This document shows, one piece after another, positions 36,649 to 46,801 of a stretch of DNA of 64,000 nt. The stretch covers positions 32,001-96,000 of the forward strand of contig JBBRCZ010000001.1 of the NCBI GenBank assembly GCA_038204425.1. Reading direction: 5' to 3'. This DNA comes from Spirochaetia bacterium. Lineage in GTDB: Bacteria > Spirochaetota > Spirochaetia > DSM-27196 > Salinispiraceae. Each line of letters starts with the position of its first letter. Position 1 is the stretch's first letter. A program made the position numbers and the translations under genes. The notes under the pieces were generated by a model. That model was not told the DNA's origin and ran no database searches. It saw only the letters and a list, made by a program, of their open reading frames with translations.

Positions 36649-37586
36649 TGCGCATGCTCCAAGTTATTTGAACAATGTTGCTGCCATGTCAATCTGGAAC
36701 TTTGCTGCTTAGCTAGCCAGCTTTCTAAATGGCTACGCAGCAAAGTATGGGCCTTATTGGCCTTGTTTTGTCGTTCGGTTTGATTGAGTTTTGATATGGA
36801 TTCGATTGCTGCAAGATCAAAATACTCAATATGGTTTCGATGCATGCAGGCAGGATCGACGTCTGGTGGAGCGGACAAATCAATCAAAACCAGCGGTTGG
36901 GTTTTCTTAACGCTTGCATCGCGAAGTACAAAGTGGCGTGGCCTAATCAAATAGTGTGGTGCCGAGGTACAAGATATTACGCAATCGGCATCAATCAAAA
37001 TTCTGTCGAGGTCGGATAGAGGACTCGCTTTGACGTTATAAACTTGAGCCAGTTGGTTCGCAAGTGTTGCATTGCGATTCGCAAGTATTGTCCCGGAAAG
37101 TGGTTTATTGCTCAAATAGTTTAAGATTGATTTGCTAATCTCGTTTATGCCAATAATCACGACATTGTAAAACTGCCTTTGTTCGAGCAAATTAACGGTT
37201 ATTTGTCCATGGCCAATACTGCCGCGATCGAGCCCGGTTTGGTGGCGTACTAATTTGCCACAACGTAGGGCTTGCTGAAATAGCAGATGCAAGTCTGAGT
37301 TAATGGTTCGTTTTTCTATCGCTGCGAGATAGGTAGATTTTACCTGTCCTTGAATAGCCTTTTCACCTATAATTGGACTCTTGAGACCGGCGGTGACACT
37401 GGCCAAATGTTCTATTACTGGCATGGTTATTGGTCCTGATCCAAAAAAAAGCTCAAGTCGGTCACAAGTTTCTAGAACAACATAGTGTTTAATCTGACCT
37501 GTTAGCAAAAAATCTGCTAACAGCACACGTTGTTCCAATCTAAGTTTTGAGTCTGGTGTAAATGTTTTAAAAGATACCATAGTCAT
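36645..37586 (-). CDS. hemA: Glutamyl-tRNA reductase, short divergent form
   Basis: ETCDRLE (catalytic Cys), SPIIGEKAIQGQVK, SCTSAPH, IDLSAPPDVD; position in the hem cluster. Confidence 0.85.
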   Translation of the reverse strand: MTMVSFKTFTPDSKLRLEQRVLLADFLLTGQIKHYVVLETCDRLELFFGSGPITMPVIEHLASVTAGLKSPIIGEKAIQGQVKSTYLAAIEKRTINSDLHLLFQQALRCGKLVRHQTGLDRGSIGHGQITVNLLEQRQFYNVVIIGINEISKSILNYLSNKPLSGTILANRNATLANQLAQVYNVKASPLSDLDRILIDADCVISCTSAPHYLIRPRHFVLRDASVKKTQPLVLIDLSAPPDVDPACMHRNHIEYFDLAAIESISKLNQTERQNKANKAHTLLRSHLESWLAKQQSSRLTWQQHCSNNLEHAH

Positions 37587-37627
37587 TAGTCAGCTCATTA
37601 ATTTGGCTGAACTCTCCTGCAGTGGCG

Positions 37628-38605
37628 CTAGCCAATTTTGAGCATTCGCTCAACTGAGGAGCGGGCTTTCCTGGCTATCTCGACGTCAACAAGAACCTCA
37701 AAAGTCAGGGTTTGCAGGCTGTGCAATATTTTATCCAAAGTAATTCTCTTCATGTGTGGACACGTATGGCAGGTGCTAATAAAGTTTTTGCCAGGAAACT
37801 GGCTGCGCAAGTTGTCGCCCATACTACATTCAGTAATTAGCAAAATATTGGACTTTCCCGATCTCTCAATCGCACCTTCCATCTGACTTGTCGAACCGGC
37901 GAAGTCGGCCAATTCGGTAACTGTGGTGTCGCATTCAGGATGTGCGACCACCATCAAATCAGCAAACTGATTACGAGCGGCTGCAACATCTTCTGGTCGA
38001 TAGAGCTCATGAACCATACATTTGCCTTTTTCCCAAGCAATAATCTTTTTGTTGGTCATTTTTGCGACGTTTTTTGCAAGATAGGCGTCAGGGAGAAAGA
38101 TTACCGTGTCACTATCTAGGCTGTTTACTACCTTAACTGCATTTGATGAGGTGCAACAAATGTCAGTTTCTGACTTTGCGTCAGCCGTACAGTTGACGTA
38201 GGTTACAACCGGTACTCCCGGGTACTGAGCCTTTAGTGCGCGAATGTCGTCAGAGTTAATGCTCTCAGCCAACGAACATCCGGCTTCTGGGTCAGCAATA
38301 AGCACCATTTTGTTGGGATTGAGGACTTTAGCGGTTTCGGCCATAAAATGCACACCGTTAAACAGTATAATCTTGGCATCGGTTTCGGCAGCAAGTCTAC
38401 TTAGGCCCAAACTATCGCCTACAAAGTCTGATACACCCCAATAGACGTCAGGCGTCATGTAGTTATGCCCAAGCACTACCGCTCCCAGTTTGTGCTTGAG
38501 ACTCTGTATTGCTTCTATGGTTTCCATGGCCTCTTCGACTTCGTGCGACGGCATAGTGACCAATAGTCTATTTTGTACTTCACGGTGATCGTAAGTCAAC
38601 TTCAT
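37628..38605 (-). CDS. nadA: Quinolinate synthase
   Basis: [45 protein letters not shown]. Confidence 0.96.
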   Translation of the reverse strand: MKLTYDHREVQNRLLVTMPSHEVEEAMETIEAIQSLKHKLGAVVLGHNYMTPDVYWGVSDFVGDSLGLSRLAAETDAKIILFNGVHFMAETAKVLNPNKMVLIADPEAGCSLAESINSDDIRALKAQYPGVPVVTYVNCTADAKSETDICCTSSNAVKVVNSLDSDTVIFLPDAYLAKNVAKMTNKKIIAWEKGKCMVHELYRPEDVAAARNQFADLMVVAHPECDTTVTELADFAGSTSQMEGAIERSGKSNILLITECSMGDNLRSQFPGKNFISTCHTCPHMKRITLDKILHSLQTLTFEVLVDVEIARKARSSVERMLKIG

Positions 38606-38683
38606 ATCTTATAATAGTAATGAGGGCCGCCTTTGGCTATACACTTAGGATTCTTAGATTGATTTTTCTGGCAAGGCGTCTTT

Positions 38684-39769
38684 CTAGATAGTCGTTTTTT
38701 GCCCGCTCGGGTGTGCAATCGAAACTTTGTTGCGTCCTGCATGCTTGGAGTCGTACATGGCACTATCTGCTCGGTCGATAAAGGTGTGGGTATTAACGTC
38801 AATGTTGGCGTTGTATTCCACCACTCCCATCGAAACAGTCAACGATATCGGTTGATCATTGTAGACAAAATCATTGTCGGCAATTGTCGCCCGTATTCGT
38901 TCACTGATGGTAAAGGCTGCATTTGTTTCGGTGTCTGGCAACAAAAGTACAAATTCTTCACCACCATAGCGGGCGGCTAAGTCTGTTTGTCTAACGTTGC
39001 CAAGTATGACCGAGCAGACTTGTTTGATAACTTCATCACCGCAGACATGCCCGTAGGTGTCGTTTAAGTCTTTAAAATGGTCAATATCTATCATAACTAG
39101 CGAAAGCGGATATTTTTCTTGACGAGCATGTACCATGTGGTCTTGGAGCACATCAATAAAGAAATGGCGTAATTTTAACTTGGTCATTATGTCGGTTGTG
39201 GTGACTTCATAAAGAAACGCGTTGTGTACAGCTATACCTGCCAGTGTCGTTATATCCATCACATAATCCCGTTCGTCTTGGGTAATCTTGGTACCTTCAA
39301 TAGGGTCACCAAGTACCAAAATACCGTTGATCATGCTTTTTGAACGCATAGGAACAACCAAGTAGGGTTCAAGAATTGCTAAGGCGCCAAGGTTTTTTAC
39401 TTCCGGGCAGGCACTTAACAATTCTTCAAAAGTATGGCAGCGAAAATTTTCTTGAAAATAAGCTAAAAGTATATGGTCTTCTGAGATTATGTAGTCTACT
39501 GAATGGTCAATATCAAAGCCCACAATGCTGCGGTGCAGGTACAGGTGTTGCTTGTCTATCTCTTTGCGGGCAAACAGGCCTGCTTTGAGTACCTTTAACT
39601 GACCCATGCAGATATACAAAATAGATTGAACCAGATTGTTATAGTCTAGGTTGGAATTAAGACTCTTGCTGATTTCAACCAATTGTTTTGCATCGAAGAG
39701 TTTTTTTTCATAGTCTTTTTGCATGAGGCGCATTTGTTCTGACAATTGATGCCTTTTTTTGACCAGCAA
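38684..39769 (-). CDS. GAF-GGDEF diguanylate cyclase
   Basis: GAF region, DIDHFKDLNDTYGH, I-site RQTD, A-site GGEEF; GAGGAG SD before TTG. Confidence 0.93.
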   Translation of the reverse strand: MLVKKRHQLSEQMRLMQKDYEKKLFDAKQLVEISKSLNSNLDYNNLVQSILYICMGQLKVLKAGLFARKEIDKQHLYLHRSIVGFDIDHSVDYIISEDHILLAYFQENFRCHTFEELLSACPEVKNLGALAILEPYLVVPMRSKSMINGILVLGDPIEGTKITQDERDYVMDITTLAGIAVHNAFLYEVTTTDIMTKLKLRHFFIDVLQDHMVHARQEKYPLSLVMIDIDHFKDLNDTYGHVCGDEVIKQVCSVILGNVRQTDLAARYGGEEFVLLLPDTETNAAFTISERIRATIADNDFVYNDQPISLTVSMGVVEYNANIDVNTHTFIDRADSAMYDSKHAGRNKVSIAHPSGQKTTI

Positions 39770-39863
39770 GCGGTTGCTCCTCTTCGGATCTAATTATCGA
39801 GAAAAATGGCAGTCTTGGCAAGTCAAATAATTCTTACTCAATTTTGCCATTTATCATCCAGTA

Positions 39864-40505
39864 TTAGTTTCTTAAATGTTTCATATGTGGGCTATTTTGA
39901 TACAATTTTCCGAGTTTTTCTATGGCCTTTAGTCGGCAAATTGCATCTTCAACTGCTTCAATGAGTAGAGCGAGTCGTTGTTTGCAGGATCGGCACTCAA
40001 GTACTGCTTGTTTTTGTGTCTGATTGAGTAGCTTTGTGCCAGAAAGCAAGTAGCTCAAGTCGTTAATATCCATCTGAGCAAGACTTCCGCCGACAGCTGC
40101 TGAGCCCGATACACGAAAAAGTATTGCCATTAAACGGATTAAGCGTAATCGAAGATCGTCCAGGTCGGCTGAGCTTTCTTGATAGGTTTCGATAGTTCGT
40201 ATTCCAGTCTGCCAACTTGGCCGCTTGAAAAATGACGGACCTTCAATTTCAAAGGGCAGACTGCCTTTTACCACAAGTTCTAAATGATTGTCTTTTTTTG
40301 GTTCAAAAAGGGCAACAATGTTGGCTAGGCAGCCAATTTTACTCAAACGAGTACCGTCATTATAGATTAAACCAAGTTCACTTTTAGTTAGGTGGCAGTT
40401 ATAAAGGCCTTCCTTTTGGCGCTCATTGCAAACATCCAAGATCATCGTTTCGCCGGGAAGCAAAACAATATCTATGCTTAGGATAGTTACGTCTGGTATG
40501 GTCAC
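39864..40505 (-). CDS. Stand-alone LON peptidase substrate-binding-domain protein
   Basis: VLLPGETMILDV, IGCLANI, KQAVLE...RLALL; no AAA+ or protease domain. Confidence 0.72.
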   Translation of the reverse strand: MTIPDVTILSIDIVLLPGETMILDVCNERQKEGLYNCHLTKSELGLIYNDGTRLSKIGCLANIVALFEPKKDNHLELVVKGSLPFEIEGPSFFKRPSWQTGIRTIETYQESSADLDDLRLRLIRLMAILFRVSGSAAVGGSLAQMDINDLSYLLSGTKLLNQTQKQAVLECRSCKQRLALLIEAVEDAICRLKAIEKLGKLYQNSPHMKHLRN

Positions 40506-40672
40506 TTTTTGGTCCCTATACAGTTCCTGTGTTTTGTAGCTACTAATTAAGGTAACGCAAGTCTTGGCAATTCCAAGCTAATAGACAGATATCGAAGATA
40601 TAACTGAACAAAGCAATGCACTTGCCAGTTTGGGGCGCTTTGTGGCAATCTGACACTGTGGAGAACAATAGA

Positions 40673-41443
40673 ATGCTGGAAAGAATAGAAGGCCTTGCCA
40701 ACAGCAATGCAGAGGCTCTAAAGCTTAACATCTACCCAGGTAGAGGTATTGTGGCTGGCCATAATCAAGAAGGTCAGCTTTTGGTGGTCTACTGGATCAT
40801 GGGAAGGAGCTCTAACAGTCGCAATCGCATGTTTGTGGCCGAAGGCGACCATGTGAGAACAGAGGCCGTTGATCCTGCACGGGTCGAAGACCCTTCTTTA
40901 ATTATCTATCATCCGCTTAGACAAGAACCTAGTGTGCTTTTTCTCAGCAACGGTGACCAAACAGATACGTTGTGGAAACAGTTTAGACATCAGCGGCTTG
41001 TTGCCGAAGGTGCTGGTGAGACCTTGCCCTCGTTGCTATCGGTTTGTACCCATGCTTTGCAGACTAGAACCTATGAACCCGATGCACCCAATTTTACCCC
41101 GCGTATTTCGTTGGTAGCAGGGACAAGCAAGGACTCAAGCGAGTACCTGCTTTCGATTCTAAAGATCGGAGAACTTGGGGACGGCTTTTGTCAACGAAAC
41201 TACTATCATTTTGAACGAGCAACACCTGGTTTTGGCCACTTGATTCATACCTACGTTTCAGACGGCGACCCCTTGCCAAGTTATTGTGGCGAGCCAGTCT
41301 TGGTTCCCATTCAGGATTCAGTGGAAGAAGCCTTGGCCTATTGGTGGGACAAGCTTAACCCTGAGCACCGCATCAGTCTTTTAGTGCGGAAGTTTGCTGC
41401 TGACGGAAGCTGGCAGCAAAAAATTATTAATCGTTTTGCTTAA
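40673..41443 (+). CDS. IMP cyclohydrolase-like protein (PurO-type family)
   Basis: YPGRGI, YWIMGRSSNSRNR, SNGDQTD, YEPDAPNFTPRIS, HTY. Alternative start GTG 40658. Confidence 0.85.
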   Translation: MLERIEGLANSNAEALKLNIYPGRGIVAGHNQEGQLLVVYWIMGRSSNSRNRMFVAEGDHVRTEAVDPARVEDPSLIIYHPLRQEPSVLFLSNGDQTDTLWKQFRHQRLVAEGAGETLPSLLSVCTHALQTRTYEPDAPNFTPRISLVAGTSKDSSEYLLSILKIGELGDGFCQRNYYHFERATPGFGHLIHTYVSDGDPLPSYCGEPVLVPIQDSVEEALAYWWDKLNPEHRISLLVRKFAADGSWQQKIINRFA

Positions 41444-41511
41444 ACATTTTACTTTTTGCCTTGACGTAGTCAAACTCTGCTTTTAACCTTTTCTTACGGA
41501 GGAGCTCATCC

Positions 41512-43614
41512 ATGTGGAATACCGTGCTCTTGTTTATCCTCATAGCCGCGTCTCTTGCAGGCGCGTACGCACTATTGAGAACCCTTTGGATTTATCGGCA
41601 ACCTGTCGAAAATCTTCGCTTAATAAAAATAGCTGGTTACGTCTCTGACGGAGCAATGGCTTTCATGATGAAGGAGTATCAAGTACTTCTTCCATTCGTC
41701 CTAATTACGGCACTCTTCCTTTGGGTTGGCAACGTTGGCTTAATAAAACTGCAAGCCTTGAGTTTTCTACTTGGTGCCGTTTGCTCTGCATTGGCTGGGT
41801 TTATTGGTATGCGTGTGGCCACCAAGGCAAATTCCAGAACCACTCATGCCGCACAGTTTGGCATTGGCCCGGCGTTAAAGATCAGCTTTGCCGGCGGAAC
41901 AGTTATGGGAATGACGGTGGTAAGTCTCGGCCTTTTGGGCATTATGGTCCTATTGTGGGTTTTGGTGCTTAATTTTGGATCCAGTGCTACGGTCCTATCC
42001 GAAACAATAATGCCGGTTATTTCAGGGTTTTCACTCGGTGCAAGTTCAATCGCGCTTTTTGCTCGAGTTGGCGGTGGCATTTTTACCAAGGCAGCGGACG
42101 TTGGCGCTGACTTAGTGGGTAAGGTAGAAGCCGGAATCCCTGAGGATGACCATCGCAACCCCGCTGTAATTGCTGACAATGTTGGCGACAATGTTGGTGA
42201 CGTAGCCGGTATGGGGGCCGATTTATTTGAGAGTTTTGCCGGTTCATTGATCGGCGCAATGATACTTGGGGCCAGTATGATAAGTCTGAGCGAAGGAATG
42301 AGGTTAAGCTTGGCTGCCTTGCCCTTGCTGATGGCTGGTGTTGGTGTGATAGCAAGTATCGTTGGCATATTTTTTGTCAGAATCAAAAAAAACGGCAATC
42401 CGCAAGCTGCCCTCAACCGAGGCTCCTTTGGTGCAGCCATCCTTGCGGCCATAGGAAATTTTGTTTTGATTCAGCTTTTTCTGGGTGGAAGCACCGTACC
42501 AACGGGCTTTGCGGCACTGTCAGCATGGATTAGCCCACTTGGATCACTCAACATCTATTTTGCAACTATTGCAGGACTGGCAGGCGGTATTGCGATTGGC
42601 TTACTTACCGAAGCCTATACCGGAACCGGTAAGAAGGCAGTAGAAAACATTGTCAAGGCTTGTGAAACAGGACCTGCTACCACGCTAATAACCGGAATGG
42701 GTATGGGTATGATGTCGACCTTTGCGCCAGTACTAGTAATTGGTGCCGCCATCTTGATTAGCTTTGCCTTTGCCGGCGTCTACGGCATAGCCATGGCTGC
42801 CTTAGGAATGCTCTTAACCCTTGGTATCCAACTGGCAGTTGATGCCTACGGACCGATAGCTGACAACGCTGGTGGCTTGGCAGAGATGAGTGAGATGCCA
42901 GCTTCAGTGAGGGAGGTCACCGATAAGCTTGACGCTGTTGGAAACACTACTGCCGCTATAGGCAAAGGATTTGCGATAGGTTCCGCTGCACTCACTGCCC
43001 TGATACTTTTTGCAGCCTTTCAACAGAGCTTGGGACTAGATGCATCTTTGTTTAACCTAATTAATCCCTTGGTTATGACTGGTTTACTTTTGGGCGCTGT
43101 AATACCTTACTTATTCTCCTCCTTGGCAATGACTGCCATCGGAAAATCCGCCTTTGATATGATAGAAGAAGTTAGACGGCAGTTTAGAGAGCGACCTGGT
43201 ATCCTTAACGAGACCGAAGAGCCTGATTACAAACGGTGTATTGCCATTTCAACAAGCTCCGCTTTGCGAAAAATGATTCTGCCAGGATTAATTGCGGCAT
43301 TGACGCCGATCATAGTTGGCTTCTTGGGTGGTGTTGAAATGCTGATGGGCGTATTGGCCGGTGTCACCGTTTCTGGAGTTGTCTTGGCAATCTTTATGTC
43401 CAACTCAGGCGGTGCTTGGGACAATGCCAAAAAAACTATTGAGGCACGTAAAGGTGGCAAGGGGAGCGAAGCTCACAAGGCCGCAGTTGTTGGTGACACG
43501 GTAGGCGATCCATTTAAAGACACCGCCGGTCCTTCTATCAACATTCTAATCAAACTAATGGCGGTTGTTAGTTTGGTTATCGCCCCAATTCTCAAAGCCT
43601 TTTGGCATCTGTAA
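41512..43614 (+). CDS. hppA: Membrane-integral pyrophosphatase, K+-dependent type (probably Na+-pumping)
   Basis: [39 protein letters not shown]; Ala in GNTTAA marks K+ dependence. Confidence 0.96.
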   Translation: MWNTVLLFILIAASLAGAYALLRTLWIYRQPVENLRLIKIAGYVSDGAMAFMMKEYQVLLPFVLITALFLWVGNVGLIKLQALSFLLGAVCSALAGFIGMRVATKANSRTTHAAQFGIGPALKISFAGGTVMGMTVVSLGLLGIMVLLWVLVLNFGSSATVLSETIMPVISGFSLGASSIALFARVGGGIFTKAADVGADLVGKVEAGIPEDDHRNPAVIADNVGDNVGDVAGMGADLFESFAGSLIGAMILGASMISLSEGMRLSLAALPLLMAGVGVIASIVGIFFVRIKKNGNPQAALNRGSFGAAILAAIGNFVLIQLFLGGSTVPTGFAALSAWISPLGSLNIYFATIAGLAGGIAIGLLTEAYTGTGKKAVENIVKACETGPATTLITGMGMGMMSTFAPVLVIGAAILISFAFAGVYGIAMAALGMLLTLGIQLAVDAYGPIADNAGGLAEMSEMPASVREVTDKLDAVGNTTAAIGKGFAIGSAALTALILFAAFQQSLGLDASLFNLINPLVMTGLLLGAVIPYLFSSLAMTAIGKSAFDMIEEVRRQFRERPGILNETEEPDYKRCIAISTSSALRKMILPGLIAALTPIIVGFLGGVEMLMGVLAGVTVSGVVLAIFMSNSGGAWDNAKKTIEARKGGKGSEAHKAAVVGDTVGDPFKDTAGPSINILIKLMAVVSLVIAPILKAFWHL

Positions 43615-43625
43615 AGGAACACGTT

Positions 43626-44411
43626 ATGAAGCACGAAAATCACCTGTATTTGATACTGTTTCCGATTGAAGCCTTGGTAGGTAGTCATCTAGAACCAGAT
43701 GCTTTTGCGCGTCACTTCAATTCTGGTTCAAGTAAGTATTATGCCGGTAAGCTAATTTTTATTGAGGTAGACCCAAGTTTTAGACATCCCTACTTTAAAC
43801 TTGAAGAGCGACTTCCGCTCTTGGTGCCACATGAGGACGGCAGACCCAAAGCTACCAAATACTTCAGTACTTACCGAGTGCTGGAGCACGTCGATTATGA
43901 TGCCTTGGGCACCTTGTATGTTGCCACACCAGAAGGCTATGTGCTGCCAATTTCTCCTTCGGTGCATGAAAAGAAACACCAGCCTGGTCTAATAAGGATC
44001 TTTTGGGAAGTTGCGCCAGTCAGTATGGTGGTGCTCTCTGACTATAACTTTGTTGAGTACGCAGATTTTATAACCAATCCAGAAAACCCGATATCAGCAC
44101 CAAAAATGTTCTATACCCAAATTGACTTAGAAATAGGGGAGTTTTTGAAAGAGTTTGAAGAGAACCCATTACGTCAATCGCCAATACCTGACGTGCATCC
44201 GTCGGTTCTTCGTGATGGCATTTTTGAACTGCAGAATAACAGCAATAAGCACACTAAGGGACTATCATTGTCCAGCCCACTCAGCAAACTGAGCTTTAAG
44301 AGCTTGAGGCACGGTTTTATGTTTGCTTCACAAACTGGCTGCAAATACTATGGGTTTCCCGCTTTGACCGACATAGAAGCCAAACACTATCGATTCTGGC
44401 GCTACATGTAG
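43626..44411 (+). CDS. Hypothetical cytoplasmic protein, probably co-transcribed with hppA
   Basis: AAGGA SD, 11 nt after the hppA stop; 261-aa ORF; no family recognised. Confidence 0.75.
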   Translation: MKHENHLYLILFPIEALVGSHLEPDAFARHFNSGSSKYYAGKLIFIEVDPSFRHPYFKLEERLPLLVPHEDGRPKATKYFSTYRVLEHVDYDALGTLYVATPEGYVLPISPSVHEKKHQPGLIRIFWEVAPVSMVVLSDYNFVEYADFITNPENPISAPKMFYTQIDLEIGEFLKEFEENPLRQSPIPDVHPSVLRDGIFELQNNSNKHTKGLSLSSPLSKLSFKSLRHGFMFASQTGCKYYGFPALTDIEAKHYRFWRYM

Positions 44412-44508
44412 GATAGGGGCATTATAGGGGCTTGCAGCTACCATGGTTTGCGAGCACCCGCCATGGTAATACGTAATAGACCCGACCAAACAGTCTTATC
44501 GTTTGAGC

Positions 44509-44537
44509 AAAAAAAAACCCTACATCCGTAGGGTTTT
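44509..44537. terminator. Intrinsic terminator (strongest on minus strand, for tRNA-Asn)
   Basis: A9-CCCTAC-ATCC-GTAGGG-TTTT. Confidence 0.85.
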
Positions 44538-44563
44538 CTCTTAATAAAGTTGGAAGCTGATTG

Positions 44564-44636
44564 CTCCCCCGCGTGGACTCGAACCACGGACCAGGTGATT
44601 AACAGTCACCTGCTCTACCGACTGAGCTACAGGGGA
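44564..44636 (-). tRNA. tRNA-Asn (GTT)
   Basis: Cloverleaf TCCCCTG..GCTCAGTCGGTAGAGC..GGTGA-CTGTTAA-TCACC..CGTGG-TTCGAGT-CCACG-CGGGGGA-G; CCA not encoded; upstream TTGACA-17-TAATCT promoter (44657-44685). Confidence 0.98.
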
Positions 44637-44765
44637 ATGAAGATCGAACGGTAGGTAGATTACCCAGAATATGGGGCTTTGTCAATTCGTTTTCTTTAGC
44701 TGGGCAAAAAAACATTACGCTTTTAGTTAATACCAAAGTTTTACGTACGCTTCATCTATCGTTGT

Positions 44766-45065
44766 CTAAACGTTAAATGGTTTTACCGTAAAAGCCAAAC
44801 TTCCTCGGCGCACACATAGAGCTTTAATCATGGCATTATGCCCATAGGGGTCGGAAACGGTTTCTATGTTCTCAACTAGTAGCACATCTTTTTTCTCAAA
44901 CTCAAAAAAACCTTGTGATGGATCAAAAGGATGAGGAAAAAATACCAAACGTTCTTCGTGTCCCTTGAGTAGTTGCGTACTTCCGAAGTACCAAGCTCCT
45001 AGAGATTTGTCTAAAAAGGATGGCAGGCTTGCTGTTTCCAGTTCTAAATTTGAAAGTGTTTCCAT
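44766..45065 (-). CDS. Small hypothetical protein (99 aa)
   Basis: Preceded by TTGCCA-17-TATAAT-7nt-ATG; beta-rich globular composition. Confidence 0.7.
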   Translation of the reverse strand: METLSNLELETASLPSFLDKSLGAWYFGSTQLLKGHEERLVFFPHPFDPSQGFFEFEKKDVLLVENIETVSDPYGHNAMIKALCVRRGSLAFTVKPFNV

Positions 45066-45128
45066 AGCTTTAATTATAGGGCGCTTATCTGAATTTGGCA
45101 AAAATATTTTATGGGTATTTTTTTAGGC

Positions 45129-45788
45129 TTAAACAAGCAAAAACTTGAGGCGAAACTCTTCATCTAGCTCGATGCACTTAAGTGAGGTCTTTGACACACC
45201 AGTTGAACTAGAAAGCAGTGCCTGGCTATAAAACTGACCAGGAAACTGTTCAAAGTTTGTTGACAGTCCCAATGGCTTGGCAATAACGAGGTGATCATTG
45301 CTTGCTTCTATTTGACAAAGTATAATTTCGCCTACTTTTGTGTCCAGGAATGACAAGTGGCCACTAGTTAGCGGCAGCACTTCCGACGCGCTATGTTTTT
45401 TTGGCAAGTCGCCATGTTCTGTTTGACTGAGCAAAAGAGCCACTAGGCGTTCAGATTCAAAGCCTTCTTCTATAACTTCAAGATTATCAAAGGCGTCAAG
45501 TTTTTCTGATTCTTCTTGGCTCATCGGTGTTGAGCAAACAATGACTATTTTGGTGTTGCTCAGGCGAGCATTGCCATTGCGCCAAGTCGCTGCAATTTTC
45601 CAATGCCTCGGAAAATCTTCATGGTCCCAAATAACGATATCGGGCATAACTTCGTCCATGTTGTCCAAGGCCTTGAGCGGATGCTGATAGCTGACTATTA
45701 GTGCATCTTGATTGCTCAAGGCTTGGTTAAAGAGGGCTTCAAGTTCCGGTTTGTCCGAAACTATCATTATGCGTGCGCAGTGTTTCAC
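45129..45788 (-). CDS. Receiver-like N-terminal domain plus degenerate PilZ-like C-terminal domain
   Basis: LKALDNMDEVMPDIVIWDHEDFPRHWK receiver-like block; C-terminal beta-barrel pattern without an RxxxR motif. Confidence 0.6.
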   Translation of the reverse strand: MKHCARIMIVSDKPELEALFNQALSNQDALIVSYQHPLKALDNMDEVMPDIVIWDHEDFPRHWKIAATWRNGNARLSNTKIVIVCSTPMSQEESEKLDAFDNLEVIEEGFESERLVALLLSQTEHGDLPKKHSASEVLPLTSGHLSFLDTKVGEIILCQIEASNDHLVIAKPLGLSTNFEQFPGQFYSQALLSSSTGVSKTSLKCIELDEEFRLKFLLV

Positions 45789-46756
45789 TCAGTTCCCTTG
45801 TTGTTGACGACGTAGTCGCGGATCTTCCAAATTCCACTCTGCAATGTCAAATTGTAGCGGTATTCTTTTACTTCAATTACTGATGAACCGGGGCTTTGAT
45901 AGCGTTGTAGAACAATCACACGGCCGTTGTTTCCCCTATAATTTGTCTCAACAATATTCCAACTTTTTGGAATAAAGGAAATAGTGTCGTTGGGGGTGCC
46001 TGCCCAAAGTTCTTCTTTGTATTTTAGAAGTTCAGTTTCTTGGTCAAGTTCAGACATGCGCTTAAATCGTTCTCCACGCCTTCCATCGTTGTTATACAAA
46101 GACTTGAGATCAAGATACAAAAAGAATCGTTCTTTTTGTTCGGTTCTTTGGCGAGCTTGGAGCATGTAGTCGACAACTTGGTCAGGTGGAAGTTTTTCAG
46201 CCCTCAAAATTTCTTCGACTTTTACTAGCAGCGTTTCTTCTGCTTGCGCTGCTTTTCTTACCGCAGGTCTAATTGATACCGTCAAGCGATTTGACAAAAG
46301 TGGAAAGCTCTGCATACTTCCCTTTAGCTCGGGATAGAAGTTGGCGGCAACCACAAAGACGCCAGAATTAAGGTCTTTGTAGTCGGTTAGGGTCTCAATA
46401 AAACTAAAATCCTCACCTGGTTGCAATAAAACATCGCGAACATAAATTGGCTTGTTTTGCGAAATTACGGAAACAAAGGTCTGACTTGGCCTAGTGTCTT
46501 GGTTGCCCAAAGTTTTGACGGCAAAGTCCAAGCTAAACATCCTTGTGTCGGCAAGTCGGAAGCGGTATATTTCCGGGGAATCGTTTGAGAGTGTTACTTT
46601 GATTTTAATCGGGTCACCTTCGTAATACAATTGTTGATCAAAAAGCTGTATACTGATCGAAGTTTTGTTGCTTGCAGGAATTTCTGCTGAAAGAGTTGTC
46701 ACTATGGACGCCATAACAATCAATAACAAGCCACTACGTGGAATTTTCTGTTTCAC
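45785..46756 (-). CDS. Hypothetical secreted protein (Ig-like N-terminal domain)
   Basis: GGGAGG SD before GTG 46756; signal peptide ending LSA; overlaps the next gene. Confidence 0.75.
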   Translation of the reverse strand: MKQKIPRSGLLLIVMASIVTTLSAEIPASNKTSISIQLFDQQLYYEGDPIKIKVTLSNDSPEIYRFRLADTRMFSLDFAVKTLGNQDTRPSQTFVSVISQNKPIYVRDVLLQPGEDFSFIETLTDYKDLNSGVFVVAANFYPELKGSMQSFPLLSNRLTVSIRPAVRKAAQAEETLLVKVEEILRAEKLPPDQVVDYMLQARQRTEQKERFFLYLDLKSLYNNDGRRGERFKRMSELDQETELLKYKEELWAGTPNDTISFIPKSWNIVETNYRGNNGRVIVLQRYQSPGSSVIEVKEYRYNLTLQSGIWKIRDYVVNNKGTE

Positions 46757-46801
46757 CCTTTTTCCTCCCGTCGAATATCCTTTATATTGTCGGAACATTT
46801 T

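Noticed and set aside
38606..38683. NAD riboswitch upstream of nadA
   Set aside because: No recognisable aptamer; the region fits a promoter abutting the start codon.
41844..42452. 202-aa antisense ORF within hppA (and similar shadows in mfd, trmB and fusA)
   Set aside because: Typical antisense shadow of a conserved gene; no motifs or expression signals.
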